48,584 bases of DNA from Planctomycetota bacterium (GTDB taxonomy: Bacteria > Planctomycetota > UBA1135 > UBA2386), in the NCBI GenBank assembly GCA_947501605.1, contig CANMWZ010000034.1, positions 1 to 48,584 on the forward strand, given 5' to 3'. A program made the translations under genes and the position numbers. Each line of letters opens with the position of its first letter. The stretch's first letter is position 1. Positions 45,811 through 48,584 of this stretch are shown here, piece after piece. The notes below the pieces were generated by a model. It was not told the origin of the DNA. It saw nothing but the letters and a program-made list of their open reading frames with translations, and did no database searches.

Positions 45811-47217
45811 ATGGCGAGCAGACAAGCGACTAGCAGCCGAGGACGCACCGCCGCGCGGTGGCAGCGCTTCGTCGCCCATGCCATCGCCAACTCGATGGTG
45901 TTCGCAGCCGTCGCTTTGGCTGCGTTCCTCGGCGGACTCAACCTCGATCTCGCGGCAATGGTCGGCGCGCTTCCGGTCCTGATGGCGCTGTTGCTACCAC
46001 CCGTCAGAGCGCGGGAGCCGTTGGGCCAGAGCGGCGCCGCCAACGCCGAACTCCGTCGCGGCGACACCGCTCGCATTCTGGCCCTCGAGTTGGCGGTCGA
46101 CCGGCTGCGGTCGGTGCTGGAGTCGTTGCGAGAAGGCGTGTTCGTGGTCGACGGCGGGGGCGAACTTGTGCTGGCCAATCCGGCTGCACGCACGGCGCTG
46201 CGCCAGCCGAACGCGGATGGCATCGGTGCGATCCTCTGGGATGTCCTCGTACCCGAACTGGCCGCCGCCGCGCGCCTCGCATTCGGGAGTCTGGCGCAAG
46301 ACGAGGAGGGCATCGATCAACCAGTTCGGCACTCGTCGATCGCGTCCGGGAAGCGCGTGTTCGACCTCACGGCAGTGCGCGTGCGTTCGCGCGAGTCGGG
46401 GCACGACTTTGGCACCGTCTTTCTGCTCGTCGATGTGACGCGGAGCCATGAACTTTCGCACTTGAAGGACCGCTTTCTTTCCGGCATCAGCCACGAGTTG
46501 CGCACGCCGCTGACGAACATCTGCGCCTACGCCGAGATCCTGCGCGGACTGATGCCCGGCGAGTCGGCGGAGTGGCCCGAGTTCGTTCGCATCGTCCACG
46601 ATGAATCGATGCAGCTCAGTCGGCTCGTCGACGCCGTGTTCGACTACGCGCAACTCGAGAGCGGGGAGACGGAGTTCGTCCTTGCGGATGTCGATGCGGC
46701 AGCGCTGGTCCAGCAGGCTTGCGCTGCGGCCAGCGACCGCGCGATGTCGGCGACCATCGAGCTCACCTGCCAGCTCGTGGATCAACCGATCTTCGTGTCG
46801 GTCGACGCCAACCGGCTTGCGTACGTGTTTGCGCAGTTGCTCGACAACGCGCTGAAGTTCACACCACGGGGTGGGCGAGTGCGCATGCTCGTCGAAAGCC
46901 GACATGGCAGCTTCTGTCTGCGCGTCGATGACAGCGGACCGGGAGTCGAGCCGGATCAGCGCGACGAGGTGTTCGAGAAGTTCAGTCAGTCGCGCTTCCA
47001 CCTCACCGACAAGCCTGCGGGTGCCGGCATCGGCCTCGCTACCTGCCGGGCGATCGTGGAACGACTCAGCGGTACCATCCACTGCGATCGCTCCCCGTTT
47101 AGCGGCGCATCGTTCGTGGTGGTGCTGCCCGCAGTGGTCGTGGCTCGCAGCGCGCAGACGACAGTCAGGGAGCTCGAAGTTGAGCCGATCGAGGCGCCTC
47201 AGGAAGCTGCGGAGTGA
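45811..47217 (+). CDS. PAS-domain sensor histidine kinase
   Basis: Two TM helices; PAS (VLESLREGVFVVD...ANPAA); SHELRTPL, QLLDNALKFT, DSGPG and GAGIGL boxes. Start is 45811 or 45895. Confidence 0.92.
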   Translation: MASRQATSSRGRTAARWQRFVAHAIANSMVFAAVALAAFLGGLNLDLAAMVGALPVLMALLLPPVRAREPLGQSGAANAELRRGDTARILALELAVDRLRSVLESLREGVFVVDGGGELVLANPAARTALRQPNADGIGAILWDVLVPELAAAARLAFGSLAQDEEGIDQPVRHSSIASGKRVFDLTAVRVRSRESGHDFGTVFLLVDVTRSHELSHLKDRFLSGISHELRTPLTNICAYAEILRGLMPGESAEWPEFVRIVHDESMQLSRLVDAVFDYAQLESGETEFVLADVDAAALVQQACAAASDRAMSATIELTCQLVDQPIFVSVDANRLAYVFAQLLDNALKFTPRGGRVRMLVESRHGSFCLRVDDSGPGVEPDQRDEVFEKFSQSRFHLTDKPAGAGIGLATCRAIVERLSGTIHCDRSPFSGASFVVVLPAVVVARSAQTTVRELEVEPIEAPQEAAE

Positions 47218-47268
47218 GCACTTGAACCCGATGCGGGCGATGGCTAGGCTTCGCCGCCCCGTTCGGAC

Positions 47269-47344
47269 GGGCCGTTAACTCAGTTGGTAGAGTGCGATCG
47301 TCACAAGGTCGAAGTCGCAGGTTCGACTCCTGCACGGCCCACCA
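47269..47344 (+). tRNA. tRNA-Val(CAC)
   Basis: 76-nt cloverleaf: acceptor GGGCCGT/ACGGCCC, D arm ACTC/GAGT, anticodon arm CGATC-GTCACAA-GGTCG, T arm GCAGG-TTCGACT-CCTGC, encoded CCA. TAGGCT -10-like box at 47245. Confidence 0.95.
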
Positions 47345-48584
47345 TTTTAAGTAGAGACCGAGCACGCAGTTGCGTGAACCTGCCCTGATCGAGGGCAGCG
47401 CGGAGTCCAGGTCGAACCGGTGCATGTGCACCGGAATCCATCATGGAGGTTCCGCATGTCACGCAAGAAGAGCATCCCGCAGCTCCTGACGCGGCCGAGT
47501 CCAGCCACCGGCCGCCCTCTCGCCTACGCCCGGTTTGACCGGCGCGTGGTCTCCTTCGGACCCGTCGGGCCAGAGGCCGACAGGCTGTTCCAACGGGCCC
47601 TCGCCGAGTGGTTGGCGAACGGCCAACGGCTCCCGGAAGTCGACGACGAACTGCCGACCGTGGCCGACGTCATCGCCGCCTTCCTCGAGCATGCCGAGAA
47701 GGAGCATCGGCCCGTCGAACTCTCCAAGTTCCGCCGCGCGTTCCTGCCGGTGCTGAATAGGTTCCGGGCCCTGCCGGCATCCTCGTTCGATGTCTCTTGC
47801 CTCGAGATCGTGCAGCGACACCTCGCGCATGATCTCCACGAGCGCGTGGTCACGCGGCGGCAGAAGCGCCGGAAGGCCGATCCCGACCAGCCGACCTCGA
47901 GATCGAGCACCCACCGTCTGTCGCGCGCGACGATCCGTTCGCGGATCAACGCGGTGAGGAAGTGCTGGCGATGGGCGGAGCAGCGGCGAATGGTGCCGCC
48001 CGGCAGTTGGGACCACCTGCGGACGCTGGAGCATGTGAAGCCCGGACGGACTCCGGCCAAGGAGTCGAAGATGGTCGACCCCGTGCCGTGGAGTCAGGTC
48101 GAAGCGGTCCTGCCGCACTTGACCAGCCCGATCCGCACTTGCGTGCTCCTGCAGTGGTGGTCGGGGATGCGTCCATCCGAGGCGCTGACCATGACCGGGC
48201 GCCAGATCCAGCGCACTGGCACCGTGTGGCTCTACCGGCCCGTGCAGCACAAGGGCGTCTGGCGTGGCCGCGACCGCATCGTGCGACTCGGGCCGAAGGC
48301 GCAAGCGATCCTCGAGCCGGTGCTCAAGCTCGACCCGGATGCTGCCGTGATCTCGCCGCTCGACGCCTACCTCGAGGTTCGAGCCCGGAAGCGGGAGCGG
48401 CGCCGGACCAAGGTGCAGCCGAGCCAGATGGCGCGCGACGAGAAGAACGCGCAGAAGGAGCCGCCGGTGGGCCAGTTCTACGACGTGAACAGCTACCGGA
48501 CGGCCATCCATCGCGCGTGCGACCTGGCAGCGGTCCCGCGGTGGTCGCCGCATCGGCTACGCCACGCGTGCGCGGCCCGCCTCT
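47345..48584. mobile_element. Left end of a putative integrative element or prophage inserted at tRNA-Val
   Basis: Integrase begins 111 nt after the tRNA 3' end. The second att copy is not visible in the window. Confidence 0.65.
47456..48584 (+). CDS. Tyrosine recombinase/integrase (partial, runs off the window)
   Basis: Open frame from ATG 47456 after GGAGG: MSRKKSIP...TIRSRINAVRKCWRWA...SGMRPSEA...HKG...WSPHRLRHACA. Catalytic R, K and HxLRH are present. Absent from the ORF track because there is no stop in the window. Confidence 0.93.
   Translation, partial: MSRKKSIPQLLTRPSPATGRPLAYARFDRRVVSFGPVGPEADRLFQRALAEWLANGQRLPEVDDELPTVADVIAAFLEHAEKEHRPVELSKFRRAFLPVLNRFRALPASSFDVSCLEIVQRHLAHDLHERVVTRRQKRRKADPDQPTSRSSTHRLSRATIRSRINAVRKCWRWAEQRRMVPPGSWDHLRTLEHVKPGRTPAKESKMVDPVPWSQVEAVLPHLTSPIRTCVLLQWWSGMRPSEALTMTGRQIQRTGTVWLYRPVQHKGVWRGRDRIVRLGPKAQAILEPVLKLDPDAAVISPLDAYLEVRARKRERRRTKVQPSQMARDEKNAQKEPPVGQFYDVNSYRTAIHRACDLAAVPRWSPHRLRHACAARL

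Noticed and set aside
47459..48553. 364-aa minus-strand ORF at the window end
   Set aside because: Antisense shadow of the plus-strand integrase, which carries the catalytic motifs.

Overview
GC-rich bacterial chromosomal window, most likely from a Planctomycetota lineage. This is inferred from the DUF1592/DUF1552 gene pair, a PA14-multiheme cytochrome, DUF1080 and the integrase type; no search was run. About 39 CDS and one tRNA can be read. The centrepiece (10.1-19.2 kb) is a complete clade II nitrous-oxide reductase operon on the minus strand: ytfE/ric - cytochrome c - nosZ - nosD - nosF - nosL - nosY - nosB. It is transcribed divergently from a NorR-type NO-sensing sigma54 activator. The 117-bp spacer holds a clean sigma54 -24/-12 promoter whose predicted +1 falls on the ytfE ATG, plus three palindromic NorR-type boxes. 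N2O respiration therefore appears to be wired to the NO sensor that normally drives NO detoxification. Other notable items are a bacterial Vms1/ANKZF1-like (VLRF1) gene, an astacin-like protein with a broken catalytic site next to an XRE/ECF-sigma-like divergon, a shared C-terminal domain on three unrelated secreted proteins, repeated leaderless-type promoters, a DUF1080-parvulin fusion, and a tRNA-Val(CAC) followed by a tyrosine integrase that marks the left edge of an integrated element running off the window. Several start codons were moved from the ORF track. All family assignments come from motif recognition by eye.
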